A stretch of 64,000 bases of DNA. It comes from Neoechinorhynchus agilis (taxonomy: Eukaryota; Animalia; Acanthocephala). The translations under genes and the position numbers were made by a program. Positions 49,253-60,900 of the stretch are shown piece after piece. The notes beneath the pieces are model-generated. The model had not been told where the DNA came from. It did no database searches and saw only the letters and a program-made list of their open reading frames with translations. Where the stretch lies: the NCBI GenBank assembly GCA_051530055.1, contig CM121341.1:3567738-3631737 (forward strand). The letters are read 5' to 3'. Within the stretch, counting starts at the first letter, position 1; every line of letters starts with the position of its first letter.

Positions 49253-51259
49253 ATGAACCTGATTGTGCCTCTTTTTTGGGCTTTGTTCTCTTTTACTCGA
49301 GCACAAAACTTCAGTGAATTAGAAGAGCAAAATCAAGCGAGAAAACTTACCTTTAAGTCATTTATCGCGACTAATGAGACGAGTGGAAACACTCATTTGC
49401 CACCGATAACACGGTCGCAACCATCCAATTCTACAGAACGACCTCCAGTGAAAATTACGGATTTTAGAAGTGAAGAAGACGAAAAAGGTTGGTTTCTTTG
49501 CGCACACAAACATATAAAAGTATTCGTGTAGAAAAATCGCGAATCGAAAGATGTGATGCAAGTGAGTATTTTAGCGCTCAATTCGAGTTTTTAACCTAAC
49601 GACGACGACGATGATAGTTTTATCAACAATGCAAAGAATAATGGATAATTATCACACCTCAAGTGATGGAGGTTCGTTTTTAATTCTTTTCTTCTCAAAT
49701 CCATTTAGTCTAGATTCAATTGAACGTCGACAACGAAAATTGGACAAATTGAACAACGTAAAGTACAAGACATGTTTGTTTCGTTTTTGATGGAACTAAA
49801 AATAAAAAAATCCATTTAGACGAACTTCTTGATACTTCGAAATTCGACGGTACTTTTTGGTTAGCTAAAAGATCGTATAATTTTTTCCTAAAGAATATAC
49901 AACTACAACTACGAAAAGACCAACGACTACAACTACTACAACCGAAAAGCCTTATACTGCTGCCGAATATGGACACGAAGGTTCAGACAAAACTCTCTTC
50001 TGAAAAATAATATCAAATTTTCATTTAGAGGCTGTGAACGTTATCCAATTGCACGAGCCAGGAATCACATTGCCTGAAATTAAAGGTATATTCAATCCGT
50101 AAGTGTATTGGTTTTCTTATTTTTTTCTTCAAAAAATAGTGGGCAAACGTTCATGGGAACAGTTGAATGAATTCCGTAAAAATCCTGTACTCAGTGCATT
50201 GTATGAACAAAGACCTAATCGTCTTATGCGTATGCTTGAGAAAATAAAGTCTCGACGAGATCACGAAGACGGTATGAATTGTTCACTGTTCTAATTGTTT
50301 GGTACACTAAAATCAAGAACAGATCAACTAATTGACCCTCTTTTGGTGAGCAAACTGATTCTTGAAAAGAAATTAAAAGTACCGAATCGAAACGGTTAGT
50401 TTACGAGTTTGTTCGTCCAATACACATTTTGTTATTTTCGTTTTAAACAGCGTCCAGTATATCAGGTCTTCTTCATGACCTCGAAAACCGCCCATTATTT
50501 CAACGAGTGTTCATCGAAGCTCCCGATTTACTCAAATACATAACAATGGCGATCGCGATTAAATTCCCCAAACACAAATTCGACTTTGTGAACGCGACAC
50601 TGTCGTGTGATTTTCCACAAAAGCTCCGCCGACCTCCTTCGCCGCTGTTCAATCCAACTCCATGGTACCTCCAACTAAAAGACGGTCTACGGGTTTCGTT
50701 CAACGATCGCCCGTATCCATGGCGGCACCATCTTTTAAACAGACTTCAATGTGTGATCAATAAAGCAGGCAAAAGAGACTTTATGTCTAATCGTCGTCAA
50801 AGACGAAACCAAAATGAAATCTGCTATGAATACGATAAAATGCTCGAGTATCAAAAGGATTTTCTTAACGATATAATCGAGTACCCATTAGCTCTTGAAA
50901 TAATCTTACGCAATAACGAATTCGTCAATGTTTTACTTGAACAAGCAATTCGTCTTGAGATGCAATCGGCTATTCAAAAGCGTAGGAAACCAATCCACGA
51001 AGCTGTATTGATTTATCTCATCAGAAACAGTAAAGTTTTGGATGCTGTTTTAAGAGAACCACGTCTTGTCTTTTCGGAATTGAACAAGGCTAACGAAATC
51101 GACGCTATCCGAACACCTGATCACCAATCCAAAGTCAAAACAGCAGCAGCAGCAGGCATCGATCAATACCAATCAAGCGATCCGGATAAGGATGAATCTT
51201 TTGTAAAGAAAATCTATATAAATGATAGGCCAAATGTCGATATCAGAATCATAAAATGA
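49253..51259 (+). CDS. Hypothetical secreted protein, multi-exon with GT-AG introns
   Basis: Signal peptide MNLIVPLFWALFSFTRA, several short GT-AG intron candidates, and a long terminal ORF at 50507-51259. Full model not resolved. Confidence 0.5.
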
Positions 51260-51343
51260 TCGCAATCTTTGTTGCAAATGATGATTCGGGGACTTTTTTA
51301 AATGTCACTTTTAACCATTTATTTCAATTAGAGAAAATCTTCC

Positions 51344-51870
51344 CTCGAACCTGCGACTTTTTATTCGATTTCACATATTCGCCAAAAAACGGCCGTGAAA
51401 TGCAGAATAATTTTTTTTAAGACGACATCGATAAAATGTGGTGCAAGGCTCGAACCTGCGACTTTTTATTCGATTTCACATATTCGCCAAAAAACGGCCG
51501 TGAAATGCAGAATAATTTTTTGAAGACGTCATCGATAAAATGTGGTGCAAGGCTCGAACCTGCGACTTTTTATTCGCTTCACATAACCGCCAAAAAACGG
51601 CCGTGAAATGCAGAATAATTTTTTAAAGACGTCATCGATAAAATGTGGTGCAAGGCTCGAACCTGCGACTTTAACATTCTCCTCTAATTTTTTTCGCTTT
51701 ACATAACCGCCAAAAAGCGCCTTTGCAATACAGAATAATTTTTTTAAGACGACATCGATAAAACGTGGTGCGGGGCTCGAACCTGCGACTTTAACATTCT
51801 CCTCGAATTTTTTTTTCGCTTTACATAACCGCTAAAAAGCGTCCGTGCAATACAGAATAATTTTTTTAGG
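51344..51870 (-). repeat. Tandem repeat (105-120 bp, about 5 copies) carrying a tRNA T-arm/B-box
   Basis: Minus strand AAAGTCGCAGGTTCGAGCCTTGCACCACATTTT in each unit. Confidence 0.8.
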
Positions 51871-52725
51871 AGGTCAATGAACGAAAAACCGAGCAAAAAG
51901 GTCTAAAACCGATAAACAATACGGTGTCCAACGAAGCGCTTTAGGTTAGAAAAGAACACACAGAAAAAAACGATGGAACAACTAACATTGACGATTTTGT
52001 TTTTCTCTTTCGAACACAAAAGATTTGTTGATTGTACATTTTCGTGAAAAGAACTTTGACATGTAAAATGATTTGTAGTTAGGATCAAAAGCGCAAATCG
52101 CTTATGACGTCCGTGATGCAAAATCGTTCAAGTCTATGAAAAAACCCCAGAGAACTCAAGTCCACTGAGTGGCCGTCGCCATCGCCTACTTTTGTTATTC
52201 GTGGCCCGTCGTATCGCGCATTTCTACGTCACCGCGCGCGCGTTTATACCGCCAACACCACGAAGCGCACGCACTCTCTCGCGCACACGCGTGCGACTGC
52301 GCTTCCCCCAACAATCTGTGTGTATCGATGCTTCCTCTGAGTTTCAAGGCTGGAACTCGGTTTTTGAACACTGGAAACGTTCAACTGGTACCTGATTCGC
52401 CATTGTACGCTCCCAAGGAACTTCCGGAGTCAAAATGTATTTGGCGGGAAAATTACGCGTGGAAAAGTGGGTCGCTGGATCGATTCTTTGAGCAATGCTT
52501 TTTCACGCTCTCAAAACTCATGCCATATTGGGTTGTTTTTTTATTTTATAAATGGCGAGTCGACAGAGCGAGAGAGAAATGATTTTTTTTGTAATCTGAT
52601 TGGTTTTTGGGCTAGGGACACAATCTTGTATACACGATTTCTTGTTTTCGAATTTAATAAAATCATTACTCTCGCCATTTATTTAAAAACGACCTATTTA
52701 TGAACAGTTCAATCTTTGATTTTAG

Positions 52726-55700
52726 ATGCCTTCTTTTGATCAGGATCGACGGCACGAATTGATGACTATTGAAGAGACGGAGGAGATCTCAAGTTCTGTT
52801 GAATCGAGTGATGAGCGTGCCAAAGTCGAGGGAAACACCCGGGGTCGTCGTCGCCTCCTTAACCCTGAATTGGACGAGGAACTTTCTGATAAAGATAAAC
52901 ATGACGTTCAAAAACGATTCGATTACCTTCTCAAACAAACAGAAATATTCGCTCATTTTATAGACCACGACCAGCACGGATCTGCAAAACGTGCCCAAAC
53001 CAAGTTCATTGATCATCGCCATAGAAGGACCGAACGTGAAGAAGACGAAGAATTATTGAGGAATGAAGATGTTCCTTTGGACGGAGGACGGACTAAGAAC
53101 GCCAATTATTTTCCGTCCTACCGTTTTTCTGAAACTCCTTTTTATGTAAAAAATGGCCAAATGCGCGATTACCAAATCCGCGGTCTTAATTGGATGATTC
53201 GTCTGTATGACAATGGCATCAATGGAATCTTAGCCGATGAAATGGGCTTAGGGAAAACCTTACAGACTATTAGCTTGCTTGGATACATGAAACACGTCCG
53301 GAAACTACCTCGTCCACATCTCGTTATAGTACCGAAATCAACTCTTCAGAACTGGATGAACGAATTTAAGCGATGGGTCCCGTCACTAAATGTCGTATGT
53401 CTTGTCGGATACAAAGATGAACGAGCTTTGATTCTAAAGAAAACTATTCTTGCTCATCCGCATAAATGGGACGTTATTGTGACTCAATACGAAACTGTTC
53501 TATCCGAGCGATGCCATCTAAAGAAATTCGCGTGGAGATATCTAATCATCGATGAAGCTCACAGGATCAAAAATGAAGACGCTAAACTCTCAAAGGCTGT
53601 AAGAACCCTCAAATCTTCAAATCGACTTCTTCTTACTGGTACTCCTTTACAAAATAATCTTCATGAATTATGGGCACTTTTAAACTTTCTTTTGCCCGAT
53701 ATATTCGATTCATCCGAGGATTTTAACAACTGGTTCGATACTAGGAAATGTCTAGAAAGAGATCAGAAACTCGTCGCAAGGCTACATGCCCTTCTCAAAC
53801 CATTCTTACTTAGAAGACTAAAATCTGATGTCGAAAAAGGGTTACCGCCAAAAGTGGAAACTAAACTTTACATCAGTTATTCGAAATGGCGAACCTTTTT
53901 TTTTGCAAACAAATTTAGTATCGAAAATAGTTTCTCAAAAAGTCCATTTTAGCGGAATTTTATCACGTATTTTTTGGGCCGAACTGTTTTTTTTGGATCC
54001 ACGGGAAACGTTAAGTTGATTTTTTTTTGATCACTTCATTCCTAAAAGATCATTTTTCAACTCCCAGAGTTTTGTCAAAGACTTTTTCCGCAATTTCATT
54101 TTTAAAAGATCATTTTTCAACTCCCAGAGTTTTGTCAAAGACTTTTTTCCGCAATTTCATTTTTAAAAGATCATTTTTCAACTCCTAGAGTTTTGTCAAA
54201 GACTTTTTTCCGCAATTTCATTTCTAAAAGATCATTTTTCAACTTCTAGAGTTTTGTCAAAGACTTTTTCCGCAATTCATTTTTAAAAGATCATTTTTCA
54301 ACTCCAGAGTTTTGTCAGACTCAAAAACAACAAATTTTTCCGCAATTTCATTTTTAAAAGATCATTTTTCAACTCCTAGAGTTTTGTCAAAGACTTTTTC
54401 CGCAATTTCATTTCTAAAAGATCATTTTTCAACTCCTAGAGTTTTGTCAAAGACTTTTTTTCCACAATTTAATTTCTAAAAGATCATTTTTCAACTCCTA
54501 GAGTTTTGTCAGACTTTTTTCCGCAATTTCATTTTTAAAAGATCATTTTTCAACTCCCAGAGTTTTGTCAGACTTTTTCCGCAATTTCATTTTTAAAAGA
54601 TCATTTTTCAACTCCTAGAGTTTTGTCAGACTTTTTCCCAATTTATTTAAAAGATCATTTTTCAACTCCTAGAGTTTTGTCAAAGACTTTTTCCGCAATT
54701 TCATTTCTAAAAGATCATTTTTCAACTCCTAGAGTTTTGTCAAAGACTTTTTTTCCACAATTTAATTTCTAAAAGATCATTTTTCAACTCCTAGAGTTTT
54801 GTCAGACTTTTTTTCCGCAATTTCATTTTTAAAAGATCATTTTTCAACTCCCAGAGTTTTGTCAAAGACTTTTTTCCGCAATTTCATTTTTAAAAGATCA
54901 TTTTTCAACTCCTAGAGTTTTGTCAAAGACTTTTTTTCCACAATTTAATTTCTAAAAGATCATTTTTCAACTCCCAGAGTTTTGTCAGACTTTTTTCCGC
55001 AATTTCATTTTTAAAAGATCATTTTTCAACTCCCAGAGTTTTGTCAAAGACTTTTTTCCGCAATTTCATTTTTAAAAGATCATTTTTCAACTCCTAGAGT
55101 TTTGTCAAAGACTTTTTTCCATAATTTCAATTCTAAAAGATCATTTTTCAACTCCTAGAGTTTTGTCAAAGACTTTTTTTCCATAATTTCATTTTTAAAA
55201 GATCATTTTTCAACTCCTAGAGTTTTGTCAAAGACTTTTTTCCATAATTTCATTTTTAAAAGATCATTTTTCAACTCCTAGAGTTTTGTCAAAGACTTTT
55301 TTCCGCAATTTCATTTTTAAAAGATCATTTTTCAACTCCTAGAGTTTTGTCGAGTCTTACACGGTTTACATTGTGAATTTCTCCAGATTTTTTCGAATGA
55401 CTACTCTACGTTCAATTGGCTCCCCTCCAGCGTCAATGGTACACTAAAGTTTTGATGAATGACCTCGATGTTCTTAATGCAAAAAGTGGTAAAATGGATA
55501 AAGTTCGTCTTTTGAACATCTTGATGCAATTGCGTAAGTGCACTGCACATCCATATCTGTTTGATGGAGCTGAGCCCGGTCCACCATATACAACAGACTA
55601 TCATTTGATTGAGAATTCAGGAAAGATGATTTTGCTAGACAAACTTTTACGGAAACTGAAAGACCAAAACAGTCGTGTACTTTTGTTCAGTCAGATGACT

Positions 55701-57888
55701 AGAATGTTAGACATTCTTGAGGATTATTGTATTTGGCGTCAATATGCATACTATCGTTTGGATGGAAACACAGCTCATGAAGATCGCCAGAGGACTATAG
55801 ACGAGTTTAATGATCCTGGAAGCCAAACGTTCATTTATATGTTAAGCACACGAGCTGGGGGTTTGGGTATTAACCTGGCATCCGCAGATATCGTAATTCT
55901 TTATGATTCCGATTGGAATCCACAGGTCGATTTACAAGCAACCGATCGCGCCCACCGAATCGGTCAAACAAAAACCGTACGGGTGTTTCGGTTAATTGTT
56001 GACAAGACCGTCGATGAACGGATCGCTGAACGTGCTGAACTGAAACTAAAACTCGATAACATTGTCATTCAACAAGGTAAGAAGCAAAAAATTTAATGGT
56101 TCAATTGTTCGATCTTTTTTTCAAATATTCCTGTACGTGCTTTCGATGTAAATCTCGTTCTCTTTCAACCGATCTGTACACGTCCATACGGGTTCTAGAG
56201 TCTAGAAAACAAAGATGATTCCGATCGCATTTGATTGATTTTAAACGTTCGTCGAAATCTTGTTTGTTCATTAGTTTGGATTCGGTCATTTTGAGATTAT
56301 CAGCAGCTGCGGCGTAATGCGTTTCGTCGTAAGATTTGGGTTTTGGCAAAGAAGGTGGTTGCTTTTTGGTTTCTTTAATCGGCGGCGGCTGTGGTTCAGG
56401 ATCTTTCTTTTTCTTATTTGGTTCTTTTTTGGGAGGTTTTTGAGGTTTTGGCTTAAAGCATAACGTAAAACACATTTGTTTGCCAATTTCGCCCCTTCAA
56501 ATTGTTTTTTACCATGGTTGTCATGGAGAGTTTTTGCTAATTTTTTTATTTTAGGACGGCTAACGGACGCTGCGAATAAATTAGGAAAGGAAGAGATGCT
56601 TTCAATGATACGCTACGGGGCAAATCACGTGTTTAGTGCAAAGGAAGGTGAGTACACCGATCAGGACATCGATGCGATATTGGCGGAAGGTGAAAAGCGT
56701 ACATTGGATCAGAAGAATAGACTGGAGCAATTGGGTGAGAACCAGCTGAGGAAGTTCACGATTGATGCCGCCGAGGACATCAATTCAAACAGCGGAGACG
56801 GTTTTAACTTAATGGAAAGCATAAGTTGCTATGTGTTCGAAGGTGAGGATTATCGTGAGAAACGAGCGAATCCTGAGTTTATAATGCCTCCTAAACGTGA
56901 GCGTCGACCGGGTACATACTCCTATGGTGGTGGTGCACTTTATACTCATCAGGGCAAGAATATTCGGGTACCGAAACCTCCTAAACAACCAGTTCTTTAC
57001 GATTTCCAGTTTTATCCAAAACGACTGTTTGATTTAAATGAAAAAGAAATGTACTACTATCGGCGAACGATTGGTCTAAAAACGCGTGCTGATGATATTG
57101 AAGATGATTCCAATTCCGGTTCTCGTCAAACTCGCGAACAAAAGAAGATTGAAGAGGCTCAGCCGTTGAGTGAGGAAGAGCAAGAAGAGCGTAAAAGGTT
57201 ATTGACAGAAGGGTTTGGTTCATGGAGTCGTCGGGAGTTTAATCAGTTCGTAAAGGCCAACGAAAAGTACGGACGGTACAATATGACAAAGATTTGCGAC
57301 GAAGTGGACGGGAAAACTGCTGACGAAGTTAAACAATATGCTCAAGTTTTTTGGGAACGGCACGAAGAATTGCAGGATTCGACTAAGATTATACTTCAGA
57401 TTCAAAAAGGAGAGAATAAGATAAAAAGAAAGAAGTTTATTAAACGGATGCTGGACCATAAGATGGCCAAATATGAGCGACCACTCGAACAATTGAAATT
57501 TCAGTATGGAAGTGGGAAAGGAAAGAACTTTACGGAACAAGAAGATCGATTTCTTATATACCATCTCCATCGGCTGGGATTTGATAATGAAAATGTATAC
57601 GATGACATTCTTCAATTGTTCAGATATGAAGATGCATTTCGATTTGATTGGTATATAAAATCACGGACTCCAGCGGATCTTAAAAGTAGATGCAACCACC
57701 TGATAGTGCTTCTTGAAAAGGAGTATGAGGACGAGGAGTTAAAGAACGGCCGTCAACAGCAAAAAGTGAGACGAAGCAAACGGGCGTTGGCGAGGTCTAA
57801 GAAACGCTCCGGGAAGGATTCGTGTCCGGATTCAGCCACAGACGAGACTGGAACCAATGAAGATTTCAAGAAAACCAAAAACAAGTGA
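52726..57888 (+). CDS. SMARCA5: ISWI chromatin-remodelling ATPase (SMARCA5/SMARCA1), three exons, 1048 aa
   Basis: [65 protein letters not shown]. Exons 52726-53871, 55410-56076 and 56555-57888 total 3147 nt; intron 2 is GT-AG. Confidence 0.96.
53872..55409 (+). other. Putative non-canonical intron 1 in ISWI (1538 nt, TAC duplicated, AT..AC or AC..CT reading)
   Basis: CTTTAC|ATCAGTTATTCGAAA...TTTCGAATGACTACTCTAC|GTTCAA. Removal gives [15 protein letters not shown] versus VKIYVGLSKMQREWY; 12-bp terminal stem. Confidence 0.8.
54043..55350. repeat. Minisatellite, unit about 61 bp, about 21 copies, inside ISWI intron 1
   Basis: TAAAAGATCATTTTTCAACTCC(T/C)AGAGTTTTGTC repeated. Confidence 0.95.
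56101..56475 (-). CDS. Nested antisense ORF (124 aa, Lys/Pro-rich) within ISWI intron 2
   Basis: True ATG, 375 nt stop-free inside a 478-nt intron; N-terminal MCFTLCF followed by a basic Pro-rich stretch. Confidence 0.55.
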   Translation of the reverse strand: MCFTLCFKPKPQKPPKKEPNKKKKDPEPQPPPIKETKKQPPSLPKPKSYDETHYAAAADNLKMTESKLMNKQDFDERLKSIKCDRNHLCFLDSRTRMDVYRSVERERDLHRKHVQEYLKKRSNN

Positions 57889-57989
57889 TATTTCTTAGTG
57901 GAAACGGTTATATTGAACCTTACGATGATCGAAATGATAGGTCATGAAATTGTAAGTACTTACGGCAGGGTGAGATTTAAAAAGAAAAC

Positions 57990-60900
57990 GTGGACTTTTT
58001 TCGTCGACTTTTTTCTAAACGAACGTGAGTTTTGAACATTTGTGGAGATTACGTCACGACCAAAAACGACGGGGCAGAAACGTTCTATGCGATGATGTCA
58101 CTCGATTGACCAACGTTTAAGTAGATATTTTTTAAATAAAAGTCAGCAGGATTCTTTTTTAAAAACCAACGCGTCGACCTTTTTTCGTCGATTTCTTTCT
58201 AAACGAACGTGAGTTTTGAACATTTGTTGAGATTACGTCACGACCAAAAAAGATAAAGCAGAAAAACGTTTTACGTTGACGTCACTCGATCGAACAACGC
58301 TGAAGTCGCATTTAAATAAAAGTCAACAGGATTCATTTCAAAAAAGAACGCGTCGACCTTTTTCGTTGGTTTTTTGTTCTAAACGAACGTGAGTTTTGAA
58401 CATTTGTTGAGATTACGTCACGACCAAAAAAGATAAAGCAGAAAAACGTTTTACGTTGACGTCACTCGATCGAACAACGCTGAAGTCGCATTTAGATAAA
58501 AGTCAACAGGATTCATTTCAAAAAAGAACGCGTCGACCTTTTTCGTTGGTTTTTTGTTCTAAACGAACGTGAGTTTGGAACATTTGTTGAGATTACGTCA
58601 CGACCAAAAATAAAGCAAAAAACGTTTTACGTTGACGTCACTCGATCGAACAACGCTGAAGTCGCATTTAAATAAAAGTCAGCAGGATTCTTTTTAAAAA
58701 CCAACGCGTCGACCTTTTTCGTTGGTTTTTTGTTCTAAACGAACGTGAGTTTGGAACATTTGTTGAGATTACGTCACGACCAAAAAAGATAAAGCAGAAA
58801 AACGTTTTACGTTGACGTCACTCGATCGAACAACGCTGAAGTCGCATTTAGATAAAAGTCAACAGGATTCATTTCAAAAAAGAACGCGTCGACCTTTTTC
58901 GTTGGTTTTTTGTTCTAAACGAACGTGAGTTTGGAACATTTGTTGAGATTACGTCACGACCAAAAAAGATAAAGCAAAAAACGTTTTACGTTGACGTCAC
59001 TCGATCGAACAACGCTGAAGTCGCATTTAAATAAAAGTCAACAGGATTCATTTCAAAAAAGAACGCGTCGACCTTTTCGTTGGTTTTTTTTCTAAACGAA
59101 CGTGAGTTTGGAACATTTGTGAGATTACGTCACGACCAAAAAAGATAAAGCAGAAAAACGTTTTACGTTGACGTCACTCGATCGACCAACGCTGAAGTCG
59201 CATTTAAATAAAAGTCAACAGGATTCATTTCAAAAAAGAACGCGTCGACCTTTTTCGTTGGTTTTTTGTTCTAAACGAACGTGAGTTTGGAACATTTGTT
59301 GAGATTACGTCACGACCAAAAAAGATAAAGCAGAAAAACGTTTTACGTTGACGTCACTCGATCGAGCAACGCTGAAGTCGCATTTAAATAAAAGTCAACA
59401 GGATTCATTTCAAAAAAGAACGCGTCGACCTTTTTTCGTTGGTTTTTTGTTCTAAATGAACGTGAGTTTGGAACATTTGTTGAGATTACGTCACGACCAA
59501 AAAAAATAAAGCAAAAAACGCTTTACGTTGACGTCACTCGATCGAACAACGCTGAAGTCGCATTTAAATAAAAGTCAACAGGATTCATTTCAAAAAAGAA
59601 CGCGTCGACCTTTTTCGTTGGTTTTTTGTTCTAAACGAACGTGAGTTTGGAACATTTGTTGAGATTACGTCACGACCAAAAAAGATAAAGCAGAAAAACG
59701 TTTTACGTTGACGTCACTCGATCGAACAACGCTGAAGTCGCATTTAAATAAAAGTCAACAGGATTCATTTCAAAAAAGAACGCGTCGACCTTTTTCGTCG
59801 ATTTCTTTCTAAACGAACGTGAGTTTGAACATTTGTTGAGATTACGTCACGACCAAAAATAAAGCAAAAAACGTTTGAGTCACTCAAACGAGTCGCATTT
59901 ATAAAAGTCAACAGGATTCATTTCAAAAAAGAACGCGTCGACCTTTTTCGTTGGTTTTTTGTTCTAAACGAACGTGAGTTTGAACATTTGTTGAGATTAC
60001 GTCACGACCAAAAACGAGCAGAAACGTTCTATCGATGACGTCACTCGATCGACCAACGTTTAAGTAGATTTAAATAAAAGTCAGCAGGATTCTTTTCAAA
60101 AACCAACGCGTCGACCTTTTTTCGTCGATTTCTTTCTAAACGAACGTGAGTTTTGAACATTTGTTGAGATTACGTCACGACCAAAAAAGATAAAGCAGAA
60201 AAACGTTTTACGTTGACGTCACTCGATCGACCAACGCTGAAGTCGCATTTAGATAAAAGTCAACAGGATTCATTTCAAAAAAGAACGCGTCGACCTTTTT
60301 CGTTGGTTTTTTGTTCTAAACGAACGTGAGTTTTGAACATTTGTTGAGATTACGTCACACCAAAAAAGATAAAGCAAAAAACGTTTTACGTTGACGTCAC
60401 TCGATCGAACAACGCTGAAGTCGCATTTAAATAAAAGTCAACAGCATTCATTTCAAAAAAGAACGCGTCGACCTTTTTCGTTGGTTTTTTGTTCTAAACG
60501 AACGTGAGTTTGGAACATTTGTTGAGATTACGTCACGACCAAAAAAGATAAAGCAAAAAACGTTTTACGTTGACGTCACTCGATCGAACAACGCTGAAGT
60601 CGCATTTAAATAAAAGTCAACAGGATTCATTTCAAAAAAGAACGCGTCGACCTTTTTCGTTGGTTTTTTGTTCTAAACGAACGTGAGTTTGGAACATTTG
60701 TTGAGATTACGTCACGACCAAAAAAGATAAAGCAAAAAACGTTTTACGTTGACGTCACTCGATCGACCAACGCTGAAGTCGCATTTAAATAAAAGTCAAC
60801 AGGATTCATTTCAAAAAAGAACGCGTCGACCTTTTTTCGTCGATTTCTTTCTAAACGAACGTGAGTTTTGAACATTTGTTGAGATTACGTCACGACCAAA

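Noticed and set aside
53872-53880. U12-type AT-AC intron
   Set aside because: It lacks the ATATCCTT 5' site and an evident TCCTTAAC branch point; AT..AC is only one of four equivalent cut positions.
56755-56830. Extra 16 or so residues in ISWI and in TBC1D13 (about 2700-2770) as further hidden inserts
   Set aside because: No TA-bounded terminal stem at the right positions; both lie in variable linker regions.
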